DNA of 64,000 bases from Salpingoeca rosetta (taxonomy: Eukaryota > Protista > Choanoflagellata). Of this stretch, positions 63,903 through 64,000 are shown piece by piece (position 1 is the first letter of the stretch; the number at the start of each line of letters is the position of its first letter). The DNA is taken from assembly GCA_033442325.1 (NCBI GenBank), contig JAWQFM010000013.1, positions 1,133,083-1,197,082 on the forward strand. The letters are read 5' to 3'. Made by a program: the position numbers and the translations under genes. A model generated the notes under the pieces. It was given only the letters and a program-made list of their open reading frames with translations. It searched no databases and had not been told where the DNA came from.

Positions 63903-64000
<98 letters not shown>

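Overview
Gene-dense, intron-rich eukaryotic DNA with (CA)n/(TG)n microsatellites in most introns and five 100-N assembly gaps. The style and gene content suggest a choanoflagellate such as Salpingoeca rosetta (inference). Most ORF-track entries are microsatellite artefacts. Splicing exons by eye gives 16 protein-coding genes: PUS10 (-, runs off left edge), KAR/17betaHSD12-like SDR (+), NAAA/acid ceramidase (+), a 2254-aa cadherin-domain receptor (-), cytochrome P450 (+, middle missing), GGNBP2 homologue (+), SREK1IP1 (-), intronless F-box/LRR-like protein (+), GT47 exostosin-type glycosyltransferase (-), xylitol/sorbitol dehydrogenase (+), OMA1-like M48 peptidase (-), KMO (+, in-frame internal deletion), arylsulfatase (-), THADA/Trm732 (-), a second SDR (+) and the last exon of a second NAAA (-, runs off right edge). 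Most notable: (1) polarised (GT)n-5'/(CA)n-3' intron architecture with (CA)n replacing polypyrimidine tracts; (2) an inverted NAAA paralogue pair 53 kb apart with a sharp gene-conversion-like boundary; (3) a clean mid-exon in-frame loss of about 70 aa in KMO; (4) tandem duplications that copy splice sites; (5) six head-to-head gene pairs with short intergenic regions and a candidate shared motif. All family calls are from remembered motifs, not database searches. Some exon boundaries are approximate.
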